A DNA stretch of 62,666 nt, filler included, from Sphacelaria rigidula (Eukaryota): assembly GCA_964200075.2 (NCBI GenBank). It is 9 parts of 9 records of this genome, joined end to end, with 100 filler letters (N's around TTAATTAATTAA, not from the genome) between each part and the next. Parts side by side here need not be neighbours in the genome. Positions count along the whole stretch, not along the records: positions 34,871 to 41,744 come from CAXNAA020017639.1; positions 41,845 to 48,718 come from CAXNAA020017640.1; positions 48,819 to 55,692 come from CAXNAA020017641.1; 6 more parts are not named here. One strand, written 5' to 3'. The notes below the pieces were generated by a model. The model was not told where the DNA came from, did not search any database, and saw nothing but the letters and a program-made list of their open reading frames with translations. The position numbers were made by a program, and so were the translations under genes. Below are positions 39,262 through 52,905 of this stretch, piece by piece (the first letter of the stretch is position 1; every line of letters begins with the position of its first letter).

Positions 39262-39681
39262 AACAGTGGATTCTCGAGAATGGGGTTGGAAAAAAAACGA
39301 TGTTCAAGTCAAAAGCCGTGCTTTCCTAACCTAAATTCATGACAAGTGACTTTCATATGGTCCATTCCATCCCTCTCGACCTCCCCAAAACTCTTTCGAG
39401 GGCTTCTAGCCTTCTGTTCCCCCAAAGATCATGTGCGAAAAAACGATTTTGGGGACAGCAAACGCCTTTTTTTCACCTCGAAATCGAGGCAATGGTGTGC
39501 TTTCGCACATACCATTTGGGGGAACGGACGGCTAGAAATCCCCCGAAATAGTTTTAGAGATGTCGGGAGGGATGGGGTGGTCCATATAAAAGCAATTTGT
39601 CATGAATTTTAGTCAGGGAAAGCACGGCTTTTGAGTTGAACCTTGTTTGTTTCTTAACCCCATTTTCGAGAATCCACTGTT
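39262..39681. mobile_element. 420-bp MITE with ~100-bp TIRs and a 4-bp ACTA target duplication; terminal fragment also at 34871-34928
   Basis: ACTA|AACAGTGGATTCTCGAGAATGGGGTT...AACCCCATTTTCGAGAATCCACTGTT|ACTA. Confidence 0.85.
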
Positions 39682-39861
39682 ACTACCTCTTTTCCGGCTT
39701 GCCTCTTGCATGATGAACCATTTTTGTTGCATCGAAGCATCACGCCGCGTGTTGTGCCGCCCCTTCTATGATGTCAGATAACAAATAACAAATCACACAC
39801 TGGTGCTGCTGTACCTTCATACAATCAGACGTGCACCCACTACGGGTTAGGTTGCTAGTGT

Positions 39862-40059
39862 CAGTGTAGTACCGTGAGGTCTTGCAAGCTGTGTCCCCAC
39901 CAAAACAGCCGTATCGTATTGTATCGAGTATCGGTATCGAGTATCGATACGTATCGGGTCATTTTCCGCGTCTCGAACAAAATATCGGTATCGACGTCTT
40001 GAGGTCGATATGATGAAAATAGCGTATCGAACTGTTTTTCCGTTCGATATTCAACACTG
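39862..40059. mobile_element. Possible hAT-type MITE with GTATCG internal repeats
   Basis: CAGTGT...ACACTG ends and many gtatcg/cgatac words; TIR short, no clear TSD. Confidence 0.4.
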
Positions 40060-42117
40060 CATTGACCAGTCATCGCGAAATACATGAGGGGGGGGGGGCG
40101 CACTCATTTGTTNNNNNNNNNNGTTCCCACTCCTAATAGAGACACCTTCAACATTCTGGCGCTCATTACTTTCCTTCCGTAGCTCATTACGTTTCTATAC
40201 ATGAGGGGGGGTTGCGCTGCATTTCCCGCGTGCGGGAACGTAAGTTGCGGCATATGTGATTACCTGGGCGACACGGCACAGCTCGAGAGATTTACGAAAG
40301 AGAACATAACAGCATCACTGTAAAGGTTCTGCACATGGCCCCTTGACGCGGCACGGTGGTGGCGGTATCCGCAGAATCGCTCGGTGCAATCAGGAGCGTC
40401 ATGCCGGTGAAAGTCTGGAGCGACATCAAGTGTGGGTGTGTCGCGGGATATTTCGTCGACTGACACGAGGTTCACGACAGCGCGTTTTTATTATGCGAGC
40501 TGGGCGAGCAGAAAATCGCGCATTTGCTTGTGACACCATAACTGATGAAGGCTATCAAATCAGCCATACTTGAGTACATCGGTGTGACCTGCAGACCAAC
40601 TTCGTAACGCACGGGACCGCCGCTGAATAAAACAAAATCGAAACAAAATGCACTGCATAATGTATCAACTAGCCGGCGGAACAAGGAGATAATCAAATCC
40701 GTCGAGATTCGAACTCGTGATCTCCATAACTGGAGTCAATTGCATCACTTGGGTGAAAGAAGCGCAGCCGTCTCACACGAAAGGTTGGACGCTGCGCCAC
40801 ATTGCTGGAGTTTTTGCCCGAAATTAAACCAGGATCTCCTCCGCACAAAGACGCACAACTACACTAGGAAGCCCCCGTATTTGTTGATTTTCACTGAGTG
40901 AGTTGTATATAGTGGATCCTGGATGATGACCAGGGGACAAGGGCATCCTGTGGATGATGACCCTTGCTGTGGGGCCCAGGCCTGATGGTAGGCTACAGGT
41001 TTCACTCCGAGATAATAATAATGTGGTGTAAAGGCTGACAACTGAGAGCCTTGAGGCTAGTGGAGCTGGGGAGTTCCTCAAGTACTAGCAAACCTGCTAG
41101 CGTCACAATATCGATATTAGTGCTAGTGCTTGGGCGTGCTAGTAGATGCTATCGTTTGACACTGCTAAAAGTTTAGCAGGGAGAGTCTGGAAAACTTATG
41201 ATTAGCTTCGGGGCCCAGGGCTTCACGGACGCGTGAGGAGGCTTCAAGCTGAGGCAGCTGCAAAGGCGGCTGGCCCGTGATTGATCCAGACTGGAGACTT
41301 GCTGGAGCTGCGCATGGCGGGTTTTTATACGACCCCAGGGCTGTGTTGGAGCGGCGAAGACAGCAGGTGTGATCTGAAGTTCGAGAAGGTTTTGAGAGAT
41401 CTTCGATTTTCCGCTCAAGGATGTCGACCACGGAGGTCCAGCTCATAGAGCCAACGGGAACAACCGTAACCTCAGTCGTTCTAAGGAAAGAGTTGCAGCC
41501 GCCCAGTTACGGGAGCTTGTATTTTGAGGGTGCCTCTTGATCGTTTTACACGAAAAACATGGAATATAAAAGGAGGGTGGAGCATGCGAATGCAGGGGGT
41601 AACAGTGTTTTCGTGAGATTGAGAGTAGATGATGCGATTGAGAGTGAAAAGCGATCAATCAGTGAATGGATCGTTTCAGTTCCGAAATGCACTTTCACGA
41701 GGCCCAACATGCTTTCTGCAATAGCTGGCCACCGAGGCCCTTGANNNNNNNNNNNNNNNNNNNNNNNNNNNNNNNNNNNNNNNNNNNNTTAATTAATTAA
41801 NNNNNNNNNNNNNNNNNNNNNNNNNNNNNNNNNNNNNNNNNNNNGAAACATGTAGTGCCAAAAAGGGGGGCTGGGTCAATCGTAAAGAGCCACTCATCCA
41901 AAAGTAACACGTCAGGTCCTAATTCCTTGGCCACGCGCTGAGCGTGTACCTCCAACAGATCCTTACTGCAATCAACATATCGGGTATACTTTCAATAACA
42001 GAACTGTATCTCTTATATGCCCTTCACCCATATGTCATAATCCAAGCACTATATCTATTTCCAACTCATTCAGGCCTGTCCGCGTGTATCCAACATTGAG
42101 TGTGAGTATACTCGATT

Positions 42118-42658
42118 ACACGTTCCACCTCGACCTCTTTGTTGGTGCTGGCTCAGGGGGCAACGGGGGCGCAGAGGACGGTAGCGGCACATCCTATACC
42201 TGAGGCGTACCGTCATGACCTGGCGCTGTTGGGAAGTTCGCGGGAGTATCCGTGACGGTGTGGGCTCTTGGCTTACCGACCGGTCACTGTCGGGGGTCCT
42301 TCTCCAACCCGTGGAGCAACGGAAAGCGAGGGTTCCCTGTGGTCATGATCCACAGTAGAATAACTATGCTCGACTAATAAGGGGCCCGATACCCTGTGGG
42401 TGTCTGGGCTAACCTGTACCCTACGTTGGATAGCTGTAGGGGCAGCAACACAATACCGCGAGACAGCTTCTCTCTCGGTATGTGGGCACCTGCAGAAGAC
42501 GTGGTTTCCCACCCCGATGGTCGGGGAGGAGGAGCTAGCTACCAACAGTTGGGACTATGAAGTGGTACACTAGAGTGATCAATTCTAATGATGAAACAAC
42601 ACAATTCTTCACCGTGAGGGCTACACCCACGTGCGGTTTCGCGGGATCGTGCCTGAGT
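42118..42658. repeat. ~540-bp high-identity direct repeat of 48178-48718 (offset 6,060 bp); possibly a long LTR
   Basis: Line-for-line match with only scattered substitutions; the second copy runs into the scaffold end; a more diverged ~100-bp sub-copy at ~47947-48047. Confidence 0.9.
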
Positions 42659-43859
42659 GGGACCCTTGACCCAGGACTGATCGAACCCATTGTACCCACA
42701 CCACAAGCTTGAGCTAGCGCCGGCCGACGATATCTCAGTTTCGGGGTGTGGGGGCAGTGGCCGCGTAGAATCAACGGGGACCGCACCGTCTTGGTGTTCG
42801 GTCACGAGCCGCCGTGGCTGGCTTGGGTTCATTCTCGTGGAACGATAGATCATCAGAGGCTGAGGGGAAATTTCCTTCAGGCTGTGGTTTTATCTTCTGT
42901 GTTTCTTCTATTTTTTTTGTATCAAGCACCGGGCCTGCTAGCAAGTACAGAGACTGATACCGTGATTTCGGGTGTGGTCGTGAAGGCATGCGACCACCAT
43001 TTTATACTCCAGACAGGTTTCAGTGAAAATTTGTCGGGTGGTACACGGAGGTGTTAGAACAGCGTTTTCGATGGTGCGCAGGGCGCGAATTTCTGGGCTG
43101 GCTACGGTGGTACTGGATACAGTCTGGTGTTTAAGGGAGCACATGGGGCTGCTGGTAAGGGCGTTTGGAACCTTAGCAAAACAACCTGTGGGGCCCTCAC
43201 TTCAGAGAAGCATGGCGATGCAAGTTCATCGATGCCAACTATTTGATGGTATCGATTTTGAAATAATGTAGTGGTTTTAAAACAAGATACCACTGCATTA
43301 CCGGTATGCGTTGGAGCGATGTTTGTTACGCTGGGGGGAAGTTCAATACAGTTCGAGCGGTATGTCGAGGAGGTGTATGCAATACATGTCTTGACATACA
43401 GCTAGTGGCACATGGAGGAACAACCCGGAATTGAAAAATACAGTCAGTACCAAGTTTCCCATACTTCACCAGCGCTCTCTCGAATTGCACCCTCACTACG
43501 AAAGTGGGAGAGCGGGACGTTTGCATGCTGGTGTACTGTGTGTGGAAACTGAGATACTCCAAACCGGAGAGCCAATGGCTAGAACACGAAATCGATCCAA
43601 GCACCACAACTTGTATGCGCTGCTTGAAAGGGTATTTCGTGATTGAGATAAAGATGTTCGATGGACAGACTACGGAACACAAGCGGCTACACATCCCCAG
43701 CATGCTGGGCTGGGTGACGCATGCTTCAAGGTGTACTGGTGTCGAAAATCCATGCGAATAAGAAATCGCACAATCAGGAAGCGGGGCGCACACCTGCAGG
43801 GTGGAAACAGTACTGCCGCTGAAACCCTGTGTGGGTACAACACTTGTATGAAGTGGATC

Positions 43860-44580
43860 TAGACGGAATTGACCCGCAAGCTTCGGTCGGCATCTGAAAT
43901 GTTGCTCCAACACGAGGGTTGCGCGAGAAAAACGTCACCTATGGTACTTAACCGGGAGGGCAGTACTCGTGTGATGAGCTCAAAGGAGAAAAAAGGCGAC
44001 CGAACATCGTTTAGTGTTACAGACTACTGCGTCGATGGCCGCATTTGTCTATCGATCGTGGTCCAATTCGGAGACGGTGTTACTACCGTAGTACATATGT
44101 CCTGTAGTGCCGAATTACCCGAAGACATGTACGTATTCGAGAAGATGTGACACTCGACTGCAGCCGTATCACATGCCTGCGACAATTCAAATGAAACACT
44201 CCGGCGACGAAAAGATATCGAGTGCAGGCACACCTATCGCTGAACGGATCGTGGTGCGGGGTTGGTGGGTCGTATCGGAAGCATGACAGAGATGTACCAT
44301 GGGTACGACCCGTCTCCAATTTACTGTACTGTAGTGCAGGGTATTTCAAAGCGAGCACAAAAAAAGTACTCTTCCGTTCGTGCACCAAGTGCAGTGTTTC
44401 AAGTTACCCTGCGCACTACAGAAAGTTCAGAGAGAGTTCAGCACTGGAGAGTATATGGAACCAAAGCATTAATAACCACAACATCGGTGTTTCGGCCAGG
44501 ATATCGATTTGATCACGACCGCGGGCATGGGCTATGGAAACTTGCAGGGCACAGTGGATAGGCCCCTCGAAAATACTAGT
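43860..44580 (+). pseudogene. Probable pogo/Tigger-like (DDE_1) transposase remnant
   Basis: Across frameshifts: GI*NVAPT (like IxNxDxT), EGSTRV...DRTSFSVTDYCVDGRICLSIVVQFG, SSYPAH (like DxxxAH), GNLQGTVDRPL (like LQPLD). Motif order fits but decay is heavy. Confidence 0.4.
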
Positions 44581-47452
44581 AGATCCGCCAGTAGATGGGA
44601 ATTGTTGACAGCGATGCCGAAAAGTGCAGCATCCAATGCTACCACGAAAAAAAAACACAAAAACGAAACAAAACGTACATTCTGGATGGAGCATCGTCCA
44701 TGGCAGCAGCACGTCTGCCGATCAGAGGCTACATGCGTGGGCACAAACAATTTGGTGTGAGAACTGCGGGAGGAAACAATTTGGTTCGTCTGTGCTCATG
44801 TGTTGCGTTGTGGGGGGGTTTTATTTGCCAAGGGCATACACGAAACACCGGAAAAGGGGTGCTTGTGTCTTGCTGTTGGGCTCATCGTTCGTGGGTCCAC
44901 CACCTCAAGACACAACACAAAAGTGCACACACAAACGTATGCAATGTGCACATGTAACGGAAACAGGCCACCCAAGAACGTGCACAGATGTGTGCAGTTA
45001 CTCCGCAGGTGTACATAAAAGACAGTGAGTAGATACTCCGCATGTTCCCATGAGGGAGTGGAGGAACGGAGCAAAATGACTACTCCACAAAACCGAAAAA
45101 AGTGTACATGTCTATATATCAGCAAGGCATCGATGCGCTGCCGCTGAAGAGTGCCATACACAAACTAACCTCGGCGTTCGCGGCGAAGTGGTCGGGTGGT
45201 GGCTTTCTCCCACCACGACCCATCAATATGGGTAGCGATGCTGTGATGTCGTGGCATCACAAAAACAATCAAGCAGAGCAATGTACAGCAAATAAACTGT
45301 ACCAGGTACTATATATTGCTCCGCACGCATGGAGGGCGACTCCCACACTGGAAGGGTCTTGTGCTGCACACACGGGTTTTCCAGGCGTGCGCGAACAAAC
45401 TGAAGGGGCAAGGGAATATGGCCGGTGCTGATATAGAAATAGAACGTCGAGAGTGGTGTAGAGTGCACACCGTGAACAAAGGTAGTGTAGTGGCGTACGA
45501 TGATGATCCCCGGTGCTCTGTACACACAGACCTCGCAGCCCGCTTGGGGCGTTTTTGTTCGGACCTGAAACCAGTTGTACACGTACTGTTTTGCGCCGGA
45601 AACGGGGCAGACAGCAAGGGAACGATCGCAGATTGTGCAGAACCCACAGAACTAAAGCACACTATACACAATAGCGAGCGCGGAGGTGCACACTGATGCG
45701 ACGATCGTTACTTGTGTCGGCGGCAGTCAGGGGTGAACGTGTGCACAGGAAGGAGCTCCAAAGATGAGAAAAAAAATCGTGCAGCTGTAACAACAGCAAT
45801 CCCGCAGGTGGGAAAACGAAAATGCTTGGGACTGAAAAAGTGCGACTGACAGTTATAGCACGCGCAAGATACGCACATAGGCACGGCTGTCAATACAGTC
45901 GACACGACACACCAGAAAACGCTTAATGTAGGCGGCACAGCAGTGCGCGCTAATACTGCAAGTGTTACTGCTGCGGGCGGCAGTCCAGAGCAAACAAGCG
46001 TACAGAAGCGGCACGAGGGAAAACAAAGAAATGACCCGTGGGCGTGAAACAGACCCTCACGGAAAACAAAATGTAGGAGATATCCTCAGAGGAGCGCAGA
46101 AAACACGTTGCAACCCAGTAGGCAGCACACAACAAGAGCTTGATCGCTACAAGCTGAAGCCCCATATATTTTGTACTTAATCCCAGCTGAAGCCCCATAT
46201 ATTATGGACTTAAAGCTAAACGTCTTGGAGAAGGCAGCCTCAGTCCACCTTTACCCTGACGTTCTCACGAACAGAGGCTCAGCTGTGAGAGCTAGGTTGC
46301 AAAGCGCTTAGCAGAGTGCAGTAAATCAATCCAGACCCAATACTGTGACAGCAGCAGTAATCGAATCCAGGTGTCCACACAAACAAAATCGATTATCTCT
46401 TTCTAATTCACAATACGAACCGGAGCCAGTAGTTTCCCCAAGACCACAACTCTCCAGTAAGGACTCACTTGGAACTCAGAACAACGGCGGCAAGGCTGAT
46501 GTTATCCTGGGCCCAAAGTGAAGTGAGCTCAGATGCGCTCGGGTCGATGGTGTAACCGCCTTACGCAGGAAATATATCCACATCAAATCATAATACAATA
46601 ACCAAAGAGCAGAGATCCTCCATCCAACGAACGTTCCTGGAACACTCTTCATTGTGCACATGATTATTCGATGTGCAGACATCAGCCATACTGTATCTCC
46701 CATCGACTATCCAGAACACATTGTATATTTATATCTTCCAACAAGCTGACGACCCACGGCAGCCGACCAAGAGTCATATCCAACGTTCATTTCCTCCGAC
46801 ATCCGATGTACACAGCGCCACGGTACCTTATCGATGCCAGTTCTTTCAAATACCATAACAATAGCCCACTCTAAAAGGTGAGCATGCAGACTCTAGCTTC
46901 GAAGGCTCACGTTTTACCATCATCTCCCACACCACAAAAAAAAGAAAAAGAGCGAAGAACTCCCGCAGCATGATAAGTAATGGAGTTCCAGCCGCGGCGC
47001 AGGGTCCATGTGGTTGCGCGATCGGCCAGGCTCTGGTACACACCGAGGAGGCGCTTGGTCTGTCAACCACAACCTATAAGACAAACAGGTCACCCGGACG
47101 GTCAAATTCAACCCATCAACATAAAAAAAAACTGCACGCCGCCGATAACATTTGCGCGTTAGGTGGATGGTCTCACGACCAACACTCTGGAAGCCCACTC
47201 AAGCCGGACTATTCCTCAGACAACGGGAACTGTTTTATCCTCAGTCGAACGAACATCAAGGAGGAGCGCAACACTCGCAAAAGGATATCACGCTAATCGA
47301 TTTCAAGGGGCCCGCCAAGGCATAACGATCAAGAAGGCATCACTTTCAACATTGAGATAGTCCATGCAAAAACTCATACCGGTGGAAAGACCAACGAGAG
47401 AGCTCGCAGTATATGATCTCGGAGCGGCAGCAGAGGCCGATTGAAGCTCCAG

Positions 47453-47622
47453 TCCCTTTCCCTCGTCGACCGTCAAGTCGAATTTTGTGTACCCACGACA
47501 TAGTCGCTCTCCACTGTTGAGCATGATATAAGAAAAAATCTCAGATCGCTCCGGGAATCGAACCCCACAACTCAACCATCAGAAGGTTACGGGGTTACCA
47601 ACTGAGCCACCGGGGCGACCGG
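47453..47622 (-). mobile_element. SINE family 1, head half
   Basis: gggaatcgaacccc...accatcagaaggttacggggttaccaactgagccaccggggcgaccgg. Confidence 0.8.
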
Positions 47623-49787
47623 AACGAGGCTGGTGCGGGGACATATATAAGGAGAGGTCTACGTGGAAGCGGAGCCGAAGCATACTTCAACGACTGGTTG
47701 GGTACTATATCGATGCGGAGACGTCCGAAAAATTTGCTGGCGTCCGTTTTTCACAAATACAGCTTCCTGTCCGAACAGATATGTTGAAACGCAACCAGCT
47801 ACGTTTTGCCCCACAAAACATGGAATGCCGTGGCATTGGGTAGATCAATCAAAGCCGAGGCAGAAGGTCGTGCTATGAGGTGCTTATCGTTGAAGAACTG
47901 AACACTCAATCGTTAAAGAGTAGAACCTGCCCGGAGCTACCGGAGGTGGAGCAATGGAAAGCGAGGGTTCCCTGTGGACATGATCCACAGCGGAATAACC
48001 TTGCTCGACTACGAAGGGGCCTGACTCCCCGTGGACGTCTGGGCTAACAACTTGGAACTACAGGGGACGAATCGTCTTTTACCCGCGTGAGCCTGTCGTG
48101 GTGTGGGGTCGCCAGTGGCAGACCCGCACGTCGACGCGACAACGAACCGACAGCAGGTAGAGTGGACTTGTGGCTCAACACGTTCCGCCTCGACCTCTTT
48201 GTTGATGCTGGCTCAGGGGGCAACGGGGGTGCAGAGGACGGTAGCGGCACATCCTATACCTGATGCGTACCGTCATGATCTGGCGCTGTTGGGAAGTTCG
48301 CAGGAGTATCCGTGACGGTGTGGGCTCTTGGCTTACCGGCCGTTCACTGCCGGGGGTCCTTCTCCAACCCGTGGAGCAACGGAAAGCGAGGGTTCCCTGT
48401 GGTCATGATCCACAGTGGAATAACTATGCTCGACTACTAAGGGGCCCGACGCCCTGTGGGTGTCTGGGCTAACATGTACCCTACAGTGGATAGCTGTAGG
48501 GGCAGCAACACAATACCGCGAGACAGCTTCTCTCTCGGCATGTGGGCATCTGCAGGAGACGTGGTTTCCCACCCCAATGGTCGGGGAGGAGGAGTTAGCG
48601 ACCAACAATTGGAACTATGAAGTGGTACACTAGAGTGATCAATTCTAATGATGAAACAACACAATTCTTCACCGTGAGGGCTACACCCACGTGCGGTTTC
48701 GCGGGATCGTGCCTGAGTNNNNNNNNNNNNNNNNNNNNNNNNNNNNNNNNNNNNNNNNNNNNTTAATTAATTAANNNNNNNNNNNNNNNNNNNNNNNNNN
48801 NNNNNNNNNNNNNNNNNNCCTCCCCGACAAAGGCGGGGCGGGGGGCGCCGGGTGCGCGCGGGGGAGGGGGGGGGAAGGGGGGGGGGTCGAGCAAGGGGTC
48901 ACCAAACGCTGCGGAGCAACGCCTGGCGAGCAACTACATACGGCTAGTGGTCAAAGCTCCAACATCCGACCTGAAACAAGTAGCGTTATATTTTGAATTT
49001 CGTATCCATGCAAAGCCCAGCGTACATACGTTGATCGGTGGTGGCATTAAAAATTCATTTTTTGATGGACATAAGAAGCCCAAAGATCATGATGGTGTTG
49101 CACTCTTGTACTACGAAAGCGATAATTCGAAACTCAACTCTGTGAAACCGCGTCCCCCTTGATCCGGGAGAACTATCTTTCCTGCCAAGTCGGTCGCCTA
49201 AGAATTTCTTCCCGGGAGACAAACAGGGCGTGTCAGGTCGTAGGCAGTGTACCACATATCAGGACGCTGGACTTTCATTGCAGCGAAGCCTCGACTGCTA
49301 CTTTGGTCTTTCTCAATCGTCTCGTCTGCGAAGTTTTCAAGCAAGCAAATCTACAGGGAACTACAGCACATCCGTCGTGATAGCATACGTCAAATGTTAC
49401 GTGTAGCTTCCCAAACTAGACTTCCTCGAGCGTACGAGACGGCGGAGAGATAGCAGCGATCAGATACTCCGCTTGCAACGTCGACAAAGATGGCCACACG
49501 CACTGGCTCGAGAGCACCCACGACTTAGTTATGATCCACGCGTGCGCCGCACATACCCACCAGTGGGGACGAGTGCAATCTTTTGGGCCCTGGCTCTGCT
49601 GAATAAGGCTATGATGAAAAACATGCTATCAGTAGTATCGACTACTTGTTCCTTCGACCCCTCACCTGTTTCTGCCGCATCGACCCGCGACGGTTGCTAC
49701 ACAGCAGGCTAGTTGAGGTTGACTAGAGGTGTATTGTGCGGTTATGTCCCCCCTTCCACTCAAAGCGTGCGGTGCGAGCTTGCTTCG

Positions 49788-50560
49788 CTAACCCCTCCCC
49801 ACTTTTGTAAGTGTTTGTACATGATGTTTGTTCAGGACGGGGGTGTGCTGGGGAATCCTGGTGTGTATTGTTACTCTTCTGCTGATTGTAAGTCGGTAAC
49901 TGGCGTGTTCCGGTTGTTCGCTATATCCCTTCAGGGATCGAATCTTCGACTTTGAATACACGTCTTTCAAGAGTACAACAAGGTCATCCCCTTGCCGAAG
50001 GTAGAATTCACAAGAACATCCCTCAACACGAGCGATGAATACCGGAATAGGAGACAAACAATGGCGAATGTGCCGGGGGAGGTTGGTGTATCTGCGATCG
50101 TACATCGATGCGACGTTGAAGTGGGTTGATACCTCGATTTGCAGTTTGTCTATCGCGAAAGAGGATGGTCAGTTGATATGGTCCACATGGTAGTGTTCAA
50201 GAACGGTTCGATGGTTTCCAAGGTTATAAAAAGTCGCCAGATTTCACGACGACATATATTCCCCTTGCCTTTCGCCAATCTTGTTCACGTTGCAGTTGTT
50301 GTCGATAACCGGTTTTTCTCCGACATCGCCGTCCGCGGCACCGTCGGCGGGGGGCGACGGGGGAGCTATCTTCCTTGTCGCTGGTTCTGGTGCTGGTTCT
50401 GGTGCTGGTTCTGGTGCTGGTTCTGGTGCTGCTGGTGCTGGTGCTAGAGAAGTCGGCCCCTTTCCAATCTATGAGGATGGAGGGGGTTGCTGCTGTTGCT
50501 GTCACCGATTCCAATCCGTCTCTGGAGTGTCAATATGGATATACACGTGAAGAGAGTGTG
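49788..50560 (-). pseudogene. Degenerate intronless ORF with (PEPA)n linker, product unknown
   Basis: One frame stays protein-like for ~250 codons, broken by isolated stops (for example 50169-50171 and 50244-50246); a 12-bp tandem repeat at ~50380-50445 encodes APEPAPEP. Confidence 0.45.
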
Positions 50561-52821
50561 TGAACGGATCGGCCGAGACAACGCAACTATGTCACCCTGC
50601 CGAGTTGACAGACATGGACTCGACCAGGGTACCGCAGCGATCACGAGGCTACTGCAAATTCGGAAGCGAAACGTGTACTCGCTCGCTTTTTGACATCATG
50701 GTCGGGTACATGCACTACATATGCTGTCATCTGCACCTCATGTATGAGCACGATATGGGCAGGAAATGAATGCCAGTTCAGCAGTTGCAAAGGGGGAGGA
50801 GAGGGGGGGGCGGCATTCAAGCGGAAGAGGCGTTGAGCAGTACACGAAAGTATGGCCAATTGCCGACGAGCGTAGGGTACCAGCAATCCGGGTATTTCAT
50901 TCTTTGTTCTTGCTCTCACCGGTCCGGCCACCAGACTCCACTCCCTCCCTAAGCTCCGGGAGGAGAAATCCCAACCACTCATCGCCATCCGGCCTTCAAC
51001 AATTCAGTACGGCAATATGCAGTAGCACGCGCGCGGGTGCGTGGTTGTGGAGCGAGCAAGCAGGGCGGTCGGTCGGTCACAAAACTTGCGGCGCGACAAC
51101 AGCGAGGCACGCAAATGAGCGGCGCATGATGACTGTTGCGTGAAAATGAGTAGCGAGCGGGCTCAAGGTTGAGTGAGGGAACGAAAGCAAGACAACAGGG
51201 GATACCAACTTCGCAGAAAATTGCCAGATACACGAAAGTAGGCACAACCCGCCCGGGCGAAGCTTCTTCTAAGCATTGATTTTGCTCCTTTGGTTCCCGG
51301 ACACTGCTGTGCTGTGATAGCGTGGGTATTATTTATCTTAAGTGTTCAGGGTCGCGAGACATGAATAGAGCGTCATTGAGGGGCGAGAGATATGATTTGG
51401 CCCGGTAGGTAAACATACACATAGCTCTACGTCTGTTGCCTTTTTTGTCCCACACTTGAAGGAGTTACGAGCTTACCGGTCATCGCGGGTGCCACAACCA
51501 CTACTTGCGGGGTGTGGACCCTGTAGAGATCTGCCTAGATTTCATGTAAAAGATTGTCATTCCTCCTGCGCGATACACCCGGTTGCCTTTCTGTGTTCCC
51601 AATACTCGTTGTGCTACGGTCAACGAACAGGTCGTGCCGCATCTGTCGACTGTTGATGGGGTCTTTCTTTTTCGGAACAACTATCGTTGAGTTGTGATGT
51701 TGTGCGTTTTCGAGTACGGATTTTGAGCAGAATCCGAACTGCGTCTTGGGACTAGGGGAAACGATGGACGTCAGCATAGAACACACTGCCCGACGACAGA
51801 AAGTCTCTTTCAATCAAGTTTTAACGTGCTATGCGCCCGCTGGTGTTTTGCGGTCATGACTCCACCACCTCCAGTATTCTAGCTTTTCAGATAATATGCA
51901 GTGCCTCTGGACCACATCAACCGTGACGTTATTTCTGAACAACAGGGACGGTTGAGAGTGTTTATTTTTTTAATCTCGAGAACTCGCTGTTGCTCTAGAG
52001 ACGGAGCAGCAGCGACTTGGGGGTGTTATTCAACTTATTTGAGGGTAGAAAACGTTTTTTTTCATGTTCAATGCCACGACAACGCACAACTGTTTCCAAG
52101 GGGTGTCCAGGCGCAATATATTCACTGTGTTTATGAATACCGATGATGAGAAACACAAGGTATATCACCCTTTGATAGCCAGGGTGGGTCGTGTGGGTCG
52201 TATACTCGGTTTTCAAGCAAGAGCAATGTCGACTACTACCGACCTTCAAAGCTTTTTCTGCTGAAAGAAAGCCCATCATTACACTCGTAATAATCGACAC
52301 TGTTTCTTCAGAGATCTCCGAACTTGTCGGGACTGGCAAGGTACCGGATGACTCTCGAATGCTTGCGAGCGCCACGGCGTACGCACAGAGCAGCTAGTCG
52401 AAGTGCTGCGTCGCAGTTAATTTTTCTCGGGTTTCTTCGAAAATGAAGCCTCGGAGAAGAGATGAAGCCGGTTCGTTTTCAAAAAAGTCTGAACGCAGAG
52501 TCCGAAGCTCTGAAAAAATCTGTCGTCTCCGAGAAAAACAGTGTTGTCGACAATGATAAATGGCCAAAAAATGAGCTTTGCTCGACATCCCGGAAAAGCA
52601 GCCGAGACACCACACAATCATTCCCCATCGAAGCGAGGAGGAAAAGGACGTCTCCGTCGAGGGCAGCCCCGTTTCTGTTGCCACCTTTCTTTCAAGAGAT
52701 CGCTAACGGGTGCCGTCCTCTCGACCATAATACTCCCGTCTTGACGACTTCAACATATGCAATTATTACTTCAGGCCACCACCCTGCGAGACTTCTCCGG
52801 CTTACCTGGAGGTGTGTTTGA

Positions 52822-52905
52822 CTTCAGCTTGAACTTTGGACTATATTGTCCTCGGCTTGAACTTGGTGTTATACTGCCTTCGGCTTGAACGTTGTATATA
52901 CTGCT
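52822..52905. repeat. ~28-bp tandem repeat x3
   Basis: c(t/c)tc(a/g)gcttgaac...tata(t/c)tg three times. Confidence 0.75.
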
